Assembly: GCA_963720565.1 (NCBI GenBank)
Contig: CAVRFW010000005.1
Location: 96,001 to 160,000, forward strand
Direction of reading: 5' to 3'
Source: Candidatus Bathyarchaeota archaeon
GTDB taxonomy: Archaea > Thermoproteota > Bathyarchaeia > Bathyarchaeales > Bathycorpusculaceae
Length of the DNA stretch: 64,000 nucleotides
Shown one piece after another: positions 1-10,534 of the stretch; the first letter of the stretch is position 1, and the number at the start of each line of letters is the position of its first letter. A model generated the notes under the pieces. It made no database searches and had not been told where the DNA came from. It worked only from the letters and a program-made list of their open reading frames with translations. A program made the translations under genes and the position numbers.

Positions 1-9
1 AGATCTTCG

Positions 10-1614
10 CTAGCTTTTGGCCAAGGCTCTCTTCAAAGCCTCAATAACGTTCTGCCCTCCCATGGTCAACAGGTAAGGCCCCAGTTTCGGTCCTTGAGGA
101 ACCCCCAAGAGAATCATATAGATAGTCTTGAAGAAAGCCCTTGGCTGTAACCCGTTTTCTTTTGCAGCGTTGAAAATCGCGTTTTGTATTTTATCTGGGC
201 TTGTTTCAGTCTCCAGGGCTTCCATCAGAGCGGATAAGGCTCGCCTCTCTTCATTTGACAGACTTATCGGTGTTTCTTTGATTTCCTCAAAGTCTCGAAC
301 CCAATTGAGCGCGTACTCGATTCTTCTGGCCAATTCAGCGCCAATCGCCCGATTCTCCAGCGGATATCCATAGCTCGCAAGTGTTTCTGAGATGAAGTCA
401 TTCGCATTGTCTTTGGGAGCCATCTTGGCTAAAAACGCTAACAGATTGTAAGGCACATGCAAACTTGGTTTGGTAGGAGGCTTCATAACCCAACAATACT
501 CATACAAGCCCCGCAGCTTCAAAAGCTCCTTTTCATCCTTAACTTGCTTCTTGCCAAAAAAAACATCCTCAAGATTATCTAACTCATTCATGTAAGAAGG
601 AATATCGGAAACGTCAAGCGACCGCGTGCCCACAAAACGTTTCAGCATCAGTAAAAGCAAAGACTGAGGCGAACCATATTGGAACCAGACTTGCGGCGTG
701 AAAACGTTTCCCGAAGACTTTGAAATTTTCCGCCCACCCTTGTCGAGAAACATCTCATATTTGGCATGAGAAGGCGGCTCGAAACACAGAATCTCCCGGC
801 TAATCCGATCGTTTGTCCGTACAGAATCAGCAATATCTTTACCATAAGCTTCAAACCGAATATCAAACGCTTTCCAGCGAGCAGCAAATTCAACTTTCCA
901 TGATAGTTTGCCCGCTCCAGCCAAAACACTTGCTTCCCCCTGATGACCGCAACCCTCAATCAGTTTACCTCTTATCTCTAAGCCTTCGCACTTGTAATGC
1001 ACCCTGTCTGTCTTTGGATCGAATTTCAGGGCTTTTGTGGTATATATTCGTCCGCATTCTTCACAAATCGGAAAGTAAGGCAAGACCTCTGTGTAACGTT
1101 CTTGTCCAACTTCTTCTTTAACAATTTCGCCAACCCTTTGGGCGTTTAACAGTATGGTGCGTATTTCCTCCCGCAACAACCCTTTATCATAAACTTGTTT
1201 TGCAGACATGTAATTGTACTCGATCCCACATTTGTCTAAAGCGTCAAGGAGAAGCGAACTCATGTGGCTTCCAAAGCTTTCGTGACACCCGAACGGGTCA
1301 GGAATGCTCGAAACTGGAAAGCCCAAGTACTTCTCAAGCGATTTCGGCAACCCTGCGGGAACCTTACGCAACCCATCCTTGTCATCGCAGAAAGCTACCA
1401 GCTCAGAATTAACCCCCGCCTCTTTCAAGGCAAGAGTCACGGCGTAGGATCGAACGGCGTCGCCTAAACTGCCGATGTGAGGAAAACCCGAAGCGCCAAG
1501 ACCCATCTCTGTCCTAACTCTATCTAAGCTCCGATTCAGTTTTCGCTCACGATCGATCACCTTCCGCGCCATCATGTCGTACCAAGTACCGTGACCGATT
1601 ACCTCTTCATTCAT
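10..1614 (-). CDS. lysS: Lysine--tRNA ligase, class I
   Basis: HIGS (HIGH-like) and KISKS (KMSKS-like) motifs, KLSWKVEFAARW, GPKLG. ATG at 1614 chosen; the ORF extends to 1635. Confidence 0.96.
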   Translation of the reverse strand: MNEEVIGHGTWYDMMARKVIDRERKLNRSLDRVRTEMGLGASGFPHIGSLGDAVRSYAVTLALKEAGVNSELVAFCDDKDGLRKVPAGLPKSLEKYLGFPVSSIPDPFGCHESFGSHMSSLLLDALDKCGIEYNYMSAKQVYDKGLLREEIRTILLNAQRVGEIVKEEVGQERYTEVLPYFPICEECGRIYTTKALKFDPKTDRVHYKCEGLEIRGKLIEGCGHQGEASVLAGAGKLSWKVEFAARWKAFDIRFEAYGKDIADSVRTNDRISREILCFEPPSHAKYEMFLDKGGRKISKSSGNVFTPQVWFQYGSPQSLLLLMLKRFVGTRSLDVSDIPSYMNELDNLEDVFFGKKQVKDEKELLKLRGLYEYCWVMKPPTKPSLHVPYNLLAFLAKMAPKDNANDFISETLASYGYPLENRAIGAELARRIEYALNWVRDFEEIKETPISLSNEERRALSALMEALETETSPDKIQNAIFNAAKENGLQPRAFFKTIYMILLGVPQGPKLGPYLLTMGGQNVIEALKRALAKS

Positions 1615-1682
1615 GACGCTTAACCTCTCCACCAATGACTGCAGAATGAAATAGAAAAATGTTTAGAAAGAAAAGGTCGCAA

Positions 1683-2027
1683 CTACTTTTGACGCAATGC
1701 AGTAACGATTGTCAAGACACCGAAAACCAAGAGCAACAGAACCAGCGAGTAAAGCCAACTGAAATGGAATAGGTACAATGCTGCACCTATGGCTATTAAA
1801 AGCAAACCCAAGATCATTGTACTGAAAGCACCGCGATCACTATTATCCGATTTGGAAACTCGGAGTCCAGACACAACCACAAACCAGCATCCGAAAAGCA
1901 CCAGAACCAACGAGACAAGCAGCGACCAATCTGCAATAACATTCAGAGCAAATAGAATCAGACCAACCGCAATTACTAGAAAAAGGACGCCAATCGAAAG
2001 CAAGTCTCTTCTGCTTTGAGCCAACAA
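1683..2027 (-). CDS. Small 4-TM membrane protein, unknown function
   Basis: 114-aa ORF with four hydrophobic segments. Confidence 0.75.
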   Translation of the reverse strand: MLAQSRRDLLSIGVLFLVIAVGLILFALNVIADWSLLVSLVLVLFGCWFVVVSGLRVSKSDNSDRGAFSTMILGLLLIAIGAALYLFHFSWLYSLVLLLLVFGVLTIVTALRQK

Positions 2028-2163
2028 AGCACCTCCTAAGAACGCTCGCTCAGGGGCATTTGATCTTTTGCCTCGGCAAAAAATTCTCTTTTCTCGTTCA
2101 TTTCGATCCCCTACTCATTCGGTTATAGATTATGAGGCACTTTTAAAGTTTCTTAAAGCCCTA

Positions 2164-2908
2164 CTAAAACTTGGCGGCAGGGATATCTCCTTTCAGGGCT
2201 AGCCCTGTGGTGCCGTCAATTATAAGCTGGTATGGCTTACCCTTGTACTCGTATCCTATGAACCACACGGGTGCATGCAAGTAAACAACCTGTCTCACGT
2301 CAAGCTCAACCGCCATCTCAACGATTCTGTCCACATCCTGTTGGAGAAGAAAACGGTTGTGCGCATCTATCTGTTGCTTAGCAAGTTCTGTCGCTTCAGC
2401 CTTATCCATCTCGCTATTCAAGACTTTCGCGAAACCTTCAATTTTCCGGAAATCGTACGGAACCTTGCCACTCAAAGGAATGTCATATTCTCTTGTCGGG
2501 AAACTAGCATGCCTTGCGTGCCAAGACGAGCCAGTTGTACTCTTTCTTGATTTCGCCCTCTTTCACTATTGGAGGCGCAATACGCTCGAAAATGCCTTTG
2601 TATTTTCCTGTTACCCCAACAGAAACAACCCAAATGGGCAGGTAAAGCAGACTCTTTTCCAAAATTCTTGATTTTCTTGCGAGATCTGACGGTTTCAGAA
2701 ACCCAGAACGCATCCAGTTCTGCACAACTGCTTCGATTTGCTCTTCACTAAATTTGTTAAGAAGCATTGAATGCTCGAAACTGAAGGCTTTCCCTGTTTC
2801 AATTACGGTCATGAAGCCGCAGTACGTACAGGTAGCTATTATTTCTCCAGATTTGAATTCTACTGGACCACCGCAGTGTGAACACCTTATGTTGTCAGCT
2901 ACAACCAT
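2164..2908 (-). CDS. Zn-ribbon-containing hypothetical protein, split by a frameshift at ~2509
   Basis: N-terminal CSHCGG...CTYCG. Removing one base at ~2509 joins ORFs 2504-2908 and 2164-2475 (ARKAASFPTREYDIPLSGK). Confidence 0.8.
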
Positions 2909-2910
2909 TG

Positions 2911-4293
2911 TTATGCCTTCAGGTTTTCCCTTTTCATTATTTCCTGGGCAACTATGACTCCTGAAGCTGAAGCTTGAATCAACCCTCGGGTAACGCCGGC
3001 ACCGTCGCCGATGGTAAACATGTTCTGAATCTTGGTTTCTAAAACGTTGCTCAGCTGCAGGTGTGAAGAGTAAAACTTGACTTCGACACCGTAAAGCAGA
3101 GTATCTCTGGATTGCACCCCCGGTGCAATAACATCCAACGCTTGAAGCATTTCTCTTATGTCAGACAAGTAGCGGTAAGGCAACACAAAACTCAAGTCGC
3201 CAGGTGTCGCATTCTTCAAGGTGGGTTCCACAACACTTCGCGCGAGACTCTTAGAAGTCGAACGCCGTCCCGAAAGCAGATCTCCAAGACGCTGGACCAT
3301 CACGCCTCCGCTTAGAAGGTTTGAAAGCCTAGCAATGTATTTGCCATAAGCTGTCGGCTCCTTGAAAGGTTCAGTGAACGAAGTGCTTACGAGGATGGCG
3401 AAGTTGGTGTTTTTAGTTTTTCTCTCCGCATAGCTCTGTCCGTTGACTGTTAAGACACCGTCGTAAGATTCGGTCGTGACTTCTCCGTAGGGCGAAACAC
3501 AGAAAGTTCGCACTTGGTCATCAAAAAGGTGCGAATAATGAACAAGTTTCGGTTCATAGAGTACTTTAGTCAATTCTTCCATAACTGAGGCTAAAACTTC
3601 AACTCTAACACCAACATCAACTGGATTGTTAACGGTTTTCAAACCATGGAACTGAGCTTCAGTTTGAAGCCACTCGGATCCACTTCTGCCCGGAGCAATT
3701 ATAACGTATTTACTGTAGATTTTTTCGCCAGCTACAGTCTCAACACCCTTGACCATATGGTTATCCGTGATAAGAGCTTTGACATCTGTTTTCGGCTGAA
3801 AAGTTATTTTGCTATTAAGTTCCTTTCGCATCTTACGGAGCGTATCTGCACATTTTTCTGTTCCCATATGGCGTACTTCTTGCTTAATTAGTTTCAATCC
3901 CGCCAGCGATGCTCTTCTTTCGATCTCATTTACCTTTTCGGTGTCTCCTCCGTAGACTTGTTCGCTTGCACCATATTTCAAGTAGACGCTGTCAACGTAA
4001 GCAACAAGCGCTTTGAGCTCTTTTTCAGAAATATACTGATTAAGCCAACCACCAACCTCTGTGGACAAGGTCAGTTTGCCGTCACTATATGCACCTGCTC
4101 CGCCCCAGCCTGAAAGGACAGAACAAGGCTCGCAATGATGACATTCTAAGCCTCGACTTGAAGGACACTTGCGCTTGTCAATATCTGGACCTCTGTCCAG
4201 AATTAGTACGCTGAGATGGTTTCTTTCTACTAACTCCAGTGCTGAAAAAATGCCCGCTGGACCCGCACCGACGATGATAACGTCATAGTTCAA
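2911..4293 (-). CDS. NAD(P)/FAD-dependent oxidoreductase, uncharacterised conserved family
   Basis: YDVIIVGAGPAG Rossmann motif, GGAGAYSDGKL, GDGAG, N-terminal Cys cluster. Start probably TTG ~4293; the ORF extends to 4341. Confidence 0.9.
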   Translation of the reverse strand: MNYDVIIVGAGPAGIFSALELVERNHLSVLILDRGPDIDKRKCPSSRGLECHHCEPCSVLSGWGGAGAYSDGKLTLSTEVGGWLNQYISEKELKALVAYVDSVYLKYGASEQVYGGDTEKVNEIERRASLAGLKLIKQEVRHMGTEKCADTLRKMRKELNSKITFQPKTDVKALITDNHMVKGVETVAGEKIYSKYVIIAPGRSGSEWLQTEAQFHGLKTVNNPVDVGVRVEVLASVMEELTKVLYEPKLVHYSHLFDDQVRTFCVSPYGEVTTESYDGVLTVNGQSYAERKTKNTNFAILVSTSFTEPFKEPTAYGKYIARLSNLLSGGVMVQRLGDLLSGRRSTSKSLARSVVEPTLKNATPGDLSFVLPYRYLSDIREMLQALDVIAPGVQSRDTLLYGVEVKFYSSHLQLSNVLETKIQNMFTIGDGAGVTRGLIQASASGVIVAQEIMKRENLKA

Positions 4294-4436
4294 GTGGCAT
4301 TGTCTCCCTGGGAACCCAGAGTTAGATGTAACCACTAGCATATATTTCTAACGAAACGCGAAGATGCAAACACTTGCGCAGACCGAAAACGGATGAAACA
4401 ACACTATAACGTAAACAGAACCCTACGCATCATGAT

Positions 4437-4778
4437 TCATTTTTCGGTATACGGTATGAGACAAAGGAATCTCAAAGCGTCGACACCCGTGTTTCTGAAT
4501 TGATGCAGTTCGTTCGAAGGAACAAAAACAACATAACCAGGTTGAAAGTCAAACGTTTTTTCTCCGTCGGAAACGTTGCCCTCTCCAGATAGTATGAAGA
4601 CCTCATGCTCCCAAGGATGAGTATGTAAGGGGCTATAGCCGCCAGGTTCAATTTCGAAAAGGCGCATAGCAAAGTTATTTGCACCCATTTCTTTCGTTAT
4701 GAGCCATTGTACTTTTGTCTTTATGGCTCCCCCTTCGGCGACCTGCGGGCTTATTGAACTATGGTGAAATACGTTCAT
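4437..4778 (-). CDS. Cupin domain protein
   Basis: HTHPWEHEVFILSGEG and PSNELHQFRN cupin motifs. Confidence 0.92.
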   Translation of the reverse strand: MNVFHHSSISPQVAEGGAIKTKVQWLITKEMGANNFAMRLFEIEPGGYSPLHTHPWEHEVFILSGEGNVSDGEKTFDFQPGYVVFVPSNELHQFRNTGVDALRFLCLIPYTEK

Positions 4779-4922
4779 TTGTTATAGTTCTCCGTGCCTG
4801 TTGCCTGAGGCTAGTTTGCGCAGGTTAATTTATTAAACTATGCAGCGCCAACTGTCTCCCAAAGATATATCTCGAGAACATTTATATCCCGTAAAACCCC
4901 AAATACACCAGCGGTCACCCCG

Positions 4923-5393
4923 ATGACAAACAGAAGAAATGGAGAAATGGACGGGATAATCTCCGATTTTTCCCGTTTCTACATACTCACGATACTCTAC
5001 GAAGGACCTTCGCACGGCTACCAAATTATCAATCGCTTCAAAAAAAGAGTAAAGAAAGACGTAAGCCCCAGCCTCGTCTACCCGTTCCTTCAACAATTGG
5101 AAGAAAAAGGTTTAGTTACGCACACCACGGAACCGGTAGGTCAGAAACAACGGAAAATCTTCAGACTCACCGAAGAAGGCAGAAAAGTATGTACTGGACT
5201 CTTCAAACGATTCGCTGACCTCATCGCGATTACTATCGAACCGAGCCTCTATGTTTGTGCTCACTGCGGATGCAAAGTCTACGAAAGCGGCTACCGAGAA
5301 ACGATAAACGGCAAAGAAACAGCCTTCTGCTGCATACACTGCGCTAATTCATACAAAGAAATGCTGAAACAAGATAAGGCTGTAAAACAATAG
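4923..5393 (+). CDS. PadR-family transcriptional regulator with C-terminal Cys-rich (TRASH-like) domain
   Basis: HGYQII...SLVYPFLQQLEEKGLV...RKIFRLTEEG, followed by CAHCG...FCCIHC. Confidence 0.88.
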   Translation: MTNRRNGEMDGIISDFSRFYILTILYEGPSHGYQIINRFKKRVKKDVSPSLVYPFLQQLEEKGLVTHTTEPVGQKQRKIFRLTEEGRKVCTGLFKRFADLIAITIEPSLYVCAHCGCKVYESGYRETINGKETAFCCIHCANSYKEMLKQDKAVKQ

Positions 5394-5779
5394 CTAAAAT
5401 CAAAGCCCGAAGACAAAATAAGCACTTTGCGAGCCTTCACAGCTACTTCGACTTGCAATCACTCTAGATTCTAGCGCCACGGAACTTTTCCTATTCAGCT
5501 TTCAAATCGCAGCCATCAAAAACTAATGGTCATGCACTACTTTCATCGCGCATCAGAATTGAAAGAAGAAAAACACCAAATTCCAGCAGAATAGAACTTT
5601 TTGTTTTTCTTCTAGTCAATAGTTTTTGTTAGTAGAAGAAGAAAGATGAAAAAACAATTGCTCTTCTTCTACTGCTTTGCTTCAAAGCTTATTCTGAAAC
5701 TTGTTAAAGTAGACTTTTAACGCGCTGTAAAAATGCTGATGAAGGGGTTTCAAAAGCCAAAGTAATCTTGTGCTCTAAA

Positions 5780-6058
5780 TTAGTCTTTTATGGCTTCTAT
5801 GAAGCTCATAACGTTCCACAGTTTTACCCGAGTGTAAGGCGGCATATTTGGATCCTGCAATATATCGTCTAGAAGTGAAACAGCGTTTGAAGCTCTAACT
5901 GCAGGCGTGAACTCTGAACCCTGCAACGCGTTAATAGCGTCCTTGGCTGAACGTCTAATATTCCGCGGGGTTGTGCTATCTTCAGAGACGGCGCCAAGCA
6001 CAGCTAACGCTTGCTTTATCTTTCCCTCATACTCTTCTGCCTTTTTCTTTCGCACCAT
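5780..6058 (-). CDS. UPF0147 family protein
   Basis: DSTTPRNIRR and DPNMPPYTR signatures. Confidence 0.9.
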   Translation of the reverse strand: MVRKKKAEEYEGKIKQALAVLGAVSEDSTTPRNIRRSAKDAINALQGSEFTPAVRASNAVSLLDDILQDPNMPPYTRVKLWNVMSFIEAIKD

Positions 6059-6134
6059 AAATAGACCACCTAATCTCCTTTCGCAGTGCTCAAGTTATAT
6101 AAGCATTGATACGTATTTACTTTGGGGTTCTTTA

Positions 6135-6494
6135 TTGCAGGAAAAAACCGACGATAAGCCTATAAAACGTATGGCTGAAATGCTCCTGAAGGGCGCTACC
6201 CTAACCGATTTGTCGTGTCCAGCTTGCAAATCCCCACTCTTCAGATTGAAGGATGGAACACTTTGGTGTGCACAAGACGAAAAGAAGGTAATAGTCGTCA
6301 AAGAAGGAGAAGAGCCCAAACCAAGCAGCAACTCGGCTTATGACAAACTTGAAGCGACACTAATGTCTAAAATCCAGCAGTTGCAGGAAAGAATCCAGAA
6401 CAGCGAAAACGTTGATGAACTTCAGAAGCTGAGTTCAGCACTCTCCGAGCTGCTAAACAACCTTGAAAAAGTAAAGACGATGAAAAAGACCTAA
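6135..6494 (+). CDS. UPF0148 / Sjogren-scleroderma autoantigen-like Zn-ribbon protein
   Basis: MAEMLLKGATLTDLSCPACKSPLF motif. Start TTG 6135 or ATG 6171. Confidence 0.85.
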   Translation: MQEKTDDKPIKRMAEMLLKGATLTDLSCPACKSPLFRLKDGTLWCAQDEKKVIVVKEGEEPKPSSNSAYDKLEATLMSKIQQLQERIQNSENVDELQKLSSALSELLNNLEKVKTMKKT

Positions 6495-6509
6495 AGCGGA
6501 ACGGCGAGA

Positions 6510-7016
6510 ATGTTAGGGTTTTACGACAACTTCCCCGTGAATATCCATCGAGCAGAAAAATTCACGTCTGCACTCTCAAACAGAGCACTACAGCAGAAAC
6601 TCGTTCAGGTTTTCCGAGAAATAAACAGCAAGACCTTCAGTTTTGACGAAATAGTTCACCCAACCCTGCCGGATAGCACCATAATCTTTGAGATGGGCTT
6701 AGCTGAAGGCAATAGCTTCAATTATATAGACAGAAAAGAAACGAAAAAAGTATGCAGTGCCTTGAGGAAGGATGCATTACGTATGATAGATCTGTTCTGC
6801 GCAATACGATACTACAAAAGCATTGCAGAAAAGAAAAGACCTCTGAGATTTGACTATTATATGATACGTATGGCCTTCAGCGGGAACACCGTGGAAATTC
6901 AGGTTTTCCATGAACGAGGCCCGAGATACTTGTCACCCGAAGACATCACCTCATTCTTAGTTAACGAAATCAACAAGACTACAGAACGAAAAACCCTGTT
7001 AGTGCCTGAATCCTAG
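6510..7016 (+). CDS. Hypothetical protein
   Basis: 168-aa ATG ORF, co-oriented with and 15 nt from the upstream gene. Confidence 0.75.
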   Translation: MLGFYDNFPVNIHRAEKFTSALSNRALQQKLVQVFREINSKTFSFDEIVHPTLPDSTIIFEMGLAEGNSFNYIDRKETKKVCSALRKDALRMIDLFCAIRYYKSIAEKKRPLRFDYYMIRMAFSGNTVEIQVFHERGPRYLSPEDITSFLVNEINKTTERKTLLVPES

Positions 7017-7621
7017 TGAGACGCGTTTAGAAAATTCAGCACGACTCTTTGCAGTTCTTCCGCCACCAAGTGTTTTGGCTTGTTGCCGTCGATTCTACTT
7101 AGGTCACCTTTTTCAACGAATTCCAGGTATATCTGCCGAACTCTTTGCTGTGTCTCCAAGTTCTCCATGACAGATTTCACAGGTTTTAGCCTCTGCATAA
7201 CAGCCCGAGGGTCAACGTCTATGAAGATAGCCAGCTCCGGTCGCAGCGCGTATTGATTAATGCTCTGTATCCATTCGATGCTGAGTCCGGCAGCTCCCTG
7301 ATAAGCCAAAGACGAGTAAACGTAACGATCGGATATCACAAGCTTCCCTTGACGTAAAGCAGGGAGGACTTCATTTTCTACATGTTCAACGCGGTCAGCG
7401 GCGAAGAGCAGCGCCTCAGCAAGGCTTGTAGAGCGTTTTTCGCCGTAAAGGATACTTTTTCGTATGAAATCGCCGATTTTGCCGTCGCTTGGCTCTGCCG
7501 TGTACATTGCGTTATAGCTTCGCTGGAGTTTTTCCACAAGCAGTTTCGCCTGAGTGGTTTTTCCACAACCATCCAAGCCTTCGATGCAGACAAATGTACC
7601 CTTCATCGTCATATCTTTCAA
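7013..7621 (-). CDS. tmk: Thymidylate (dTMP) kinase
   Basis: EGLDGCGKTT P-loop, LLFAADR, SDRYVYSSLAYQG. Confidence 0.96.
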   Translation of the reverse strand: MKDMTMKGTFVCIEGLDGCGKTTQAKLLVEKLQRSYNAMYTAEPSDGKIGDFIRKSILYGEKRSTSLAEALLFAADRVEHVENEVLPALRQGKLVISDRYVYSSLAYQGAAGLSIEWIQSINQYALRPELAIFIDVDPRAVMQRLKPVKSVMENLETQQRVRQIYLEFVEKGDLSRIDGNKPKHLVAEELQRVVLNFLNASH

Positions 7622-7697
7622 CTCACGGTGGCTCAGCGTTACACATTATAAGAAGGCACATAGATATAACTTGGCAAACGCGGGTAGCGTGTACAAA

Positions 7698-8978
7698 ATG
7701 CCGAAAGCGTATTGGGGCGAGATTAAAGATCCAGTTCACGGCTTCGTGTACATAACTGAAGCCGAAAAAGCTATGATTGATTCCTATCCTGTGCAGAGAC
7801 TGCGCAGGTTAAGGCAGCTCGCAGGCTCGGAGTACGTTTATCCTGGAGCGAACCACACGAGATTCGAGCACTGCATTGGCGTCATGTACCTAGCGGGCAA
7901 AGTTTCTGAGAACCCCTACATTTCCAGAGTCGCAAACGACGAAGAAACAGACATGATTAGAATTGCAGCATTGCTTCACGACGTTGGGCACGGCCCATTT
8001 TCGCATGTCTTTGAACAACTTTCAATAAAGTACCTAAACAAGACGCATGAAGATACAACATCGTGGATTATCAAGGAAAGCGAACTCGGGGAAAAAGTGG
8101 CTAGAATGGGCTATAGACCTGAGGAGGTAAGTGCCCTTGCAGTAGGAAAACTACACAAGCCCGGCAAAGCCTTTCTGGATCAAGTAATTAGCAGCGCAGT
8201 CGACGTGGACAAACAAGACTACATCGTGAGGGATACATTCCACACCGGGGCGGAGTATGGTTTCATCGATGTGTTCAGACTGATTCACGCCTTGGATGTG
8301 CTGGGAGAGAACTTGGCAGTTGAAGTAGGTGCGCTTTCAGCGTTGGAGGCTTTCATCATCGCGAGAATTGAATCATTTAAGAGCATCTATTTTCACCGGG
8401 TCGGACGAGCAGCGCAGATAATGCTTGCGACTGCAATGGAGAAGGCGAATGGCACGTTAGGATTGACGGCGTTCAAAACGCCTAACGAGTACTTGGAGAT
8501 GGATGATTACTCGGTATGGTCGGCTTTGAAGCGTTGTGAGAAATCGAAGGAAATCATGGCGGATTTAGAGCAGCGTAAGATGCTGAAGTGCGCGTACGAG
8601 AGGACGTTCTATGAGAAAGACACAATGATTTCGAATATATTCGTACGTGAAGCAAGCAGAATACAGATGCAAACGGAGATTGCGAAAGAGGCGGGAGTAG
8701 ACGCGGAGGCAGTCGTGATTGATGTGCCAGCAGTGCCGTCTGTGCCGTATCATCATGCCGTGTTAATGCAAGAGATGGAGATTCCTGTGTTCAGCAGAAC
8801 CCAAGCGGGCGGCAAGGAACTACAAAGACTAAGCGAGATATCGAAGATTTTTGAAACGCTGAAGGGTTTCATCAACATACTCCGGGTTTACACCAACAGT
8901 ACTGACCGCGAACGAGTAGAGAAGGCTTCAGCAAAGATTCTGGGCAAGATTCCGTCAGCCTCAAAGATCTCTTTCTAA
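7698..8978 (+). CDS. HD-domain phosphohydrolase (dNTP triphosphohydrolase / SAMHD1-like)
   Basis: DPVHG, QRLRRLRQL, HTRFEH, LLHDVGHGPFSH, DVDKQDY..RD. Confidence 0.92.
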   Translation: MPKAYWGEIKDPVHGFVYITEAEKAMIDSYPVQRLRRLRQLAGSEYVYPGANHTRFEHCIGVMYLAGKVSENPYISRVANDEETDMIRIAALLHDVGHGPFSHVFEQLSIKYLNKTHEDTTSWIIKESELGEKVARMGYRPEEVSALAVGKLHKPGKAFLDQVISSAVDVDKQDYIVRDTFHTGAEYGFIDVFRLIHALDVLGENLAVEVGALSALEAFIIARIESFKSIYFHRVGRAAQIMLATAMEKANGTLGLTAFKTPNEYLEMDDYSVWSALKRCEKSKEIMADLEQRKMLKCAYERTFYEKDTMISNIFVREASRIQMQTEIAKEAGVDAEAVVIDVPAVPSVPYHHAVLMQEMEIPVFSRTQAGGKELQRLSEISKIFETLKGFINILRVYTNSTDRERVEKASAKILGKIPSASKISF

Positions 8979-9093
8979 TCCATGACAAAGCAGTCGCTCC
9001 CCTGTTAACAAACAACAGAGCATGTTATTTTTGCTAGCATCATGGTTAAAATAGGCGAGAGCACAAATGGATTAAACGCGACAAACCAAAACG

Positions 9094-9609
9094 GTGGAAA
9101 CGCATTTGGAAAAAAGCGCCAAGAACGTTGAAAGCAGGAAAATCATCAAAGTCAAGATTCCCAAAAAACAGGAGCAGACTGCAGCAATCTTCTCACAGAA
9201 AGAAATAAGACGCTTTGTAGCCGAGTTCGTCGCATCTTGGATCAGAGGCGACATCACAATCCGTTTTCCTACAGCTACCGAATTGGCTAAGAAAGCTCCT
9301 TTGGCCATAGCGTTTCCCACGGACCCATCGGTGGACGCGGAACTGAAAATAAAAGAACACTACATTGATTTGCTGTCAGTCTGCGCTGGCACCAAACCCG
9401 CCACGGCTGAGGAACAAGAAAAAGCCGTGACTGAGACATTCCGGATGCTACTAATGTTCCGCTCTGCAAACAGAATAGAAGGCAAAATAATATCTAACGA
9501 CTTAGAGAAGAGGATTGAAGAGCTTGAGAAGACTACAAAGTCTACGGGTAAGCTCGTAGAACAAATAACAGGATATTTGTTCAAGCCCGCAAAAGACGCA
9601 ACGAAATAG
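9094..9609 (+). CDS. Hypothetical protein with C-terminal coiled coil
   Basis: 171-aa ORF, no family recognised. Confidence 0.6.
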   Translation: METHLEKSAKNVESRKIIKVKIPKKQEQTAAIFSQKEIRRFVAEFVASWIRGDITIRFPTATELAKKAPLAIAFPTDPSVDAELKIKEHYIDLLSVCAGTKPATAEEQEKAVTETFRMLLMFRSANRIEGKIISNDLEKRIEELEKTTKSTGKLVEQITGYLFKPAKDATK

Positions 9610-9803
9610 TCTCGATGGAAGGCAACGCCCGGGAATCGCACAATCAAGTTTCCAGAGAGGATGCGTCAGGACCGCGCTCGCTAGAGGAAAGTAAATTAAT
9701 GTTTGCCTGATTTGAATACGTGCGCTAAAGCGGAAAATACTCAGTAGCTATATATAGAAAGCAGAAATAGCTTCTGAAGGCTCGGAAAGTAACATATCCA
9801 AGT

Positions 9804-9881
9804 GCTCCGGTAGTATAGTCCGGTCAAGTATTCCGGCCTTTCGAGCCGAAGACCCGGGTCCGAATCCCGGCCGGAGCACCA
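9804..9881 (+). tRNA. tRNA-Glu(TTC), CCA encoded
   Basis: Acceptor stem GCTCCGG/CCGGAGC, anticodon loop CTTTCGA, T arm CCGGG-TCCGAAT-CCCGG, ends ACCA. Confidence 0.95.
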
Positions 9882-10080
9882 AAAAAATTCCTAATTCAAA
9901 CAAGTTTTGCCAGTTTAAAACTAGCTTTAACGTTTTCAAAAGACAAGTATTTGTTTCTCCAATACGCGTCGGGTGAATATTTGAAACTTATCAAAACAGT
10001 AACAACGCCTTGACGATATTCCGAACTCTGATTATGCTCGAATAACAGAGAATCAGCAAAGAAAGAAGAAGAGAAGCTGC

Positions 10081-10485
10081 TTATTTCAGTGGAACATACA
10101 TCGAAGACCGTGATGCACCGATACCCGGAGTTCCATGGCGCACGGGTTTGTTTGTTATTGCAAACTCGCCAAGGAAATGGCCAATCATGTCGGGTTTTAT
10201 GTCCACTCCGACAAATTCTTTTCCGTTGTGGACCATGATCTTCGCGCCAACCATCTCCGGAAGTATGATTAAGTCTCGCACATGTGTCTTCAGAGCGTTG
10301 TCTTTGCCTTTTTTGGCAGCTTCGTTTGCTGCTCGCATCTTCTCCAGCAGAATACGCTGTTCGGGCGTCAAACCTCGCTGCAGACTTCGCCTTTGCCTCG
10401 AAGGAAGCAGAGTAATAAACTCATCCATAGACATCGCTTGCAAGCTTTCAAGCGAGTGACCACGATACATGAATTCTTTCGGCAT
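10081..10485 (-). CDS. rps19p: 30S ribosomal protein uS19
   Basis: [15 protein letters not shown]...HNGKEF...GHFLGEF. Confidence 0.97.
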   Translation of the reverse strand: MPKEFMYRGHSLESLQAMSMDEFITLLPSRQRRSLQRGLTPEQRILLEKMRAANEAAKKGKDNALKTHVRDLIILPEMVGAKIMVHNGKEFVGVDIKPDMIGHFLGEFAITNKPVRHGTPGIGASRSSMYVPLK

Positions 10486-10534
10486 TCTTCACTCAACTCC
10501 TAAACCCAATTCTTCAAATGCTATAAACGTTCCG

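Noticed and set aside
9610..9750. Possible SRP or other ncRNA in the GC-richer gap before tRNA-Glu
   Set aside because: No SRP helix-8 motif or convincing long-range pairing.
9748..9939. ORF-track ORFs overlapping tRNAs (also 47950-48249 and 48146-48379) and the many antisense ORFs inside conserved genes
   Set aside because: Shadow ORFs with no recognisable motifs.
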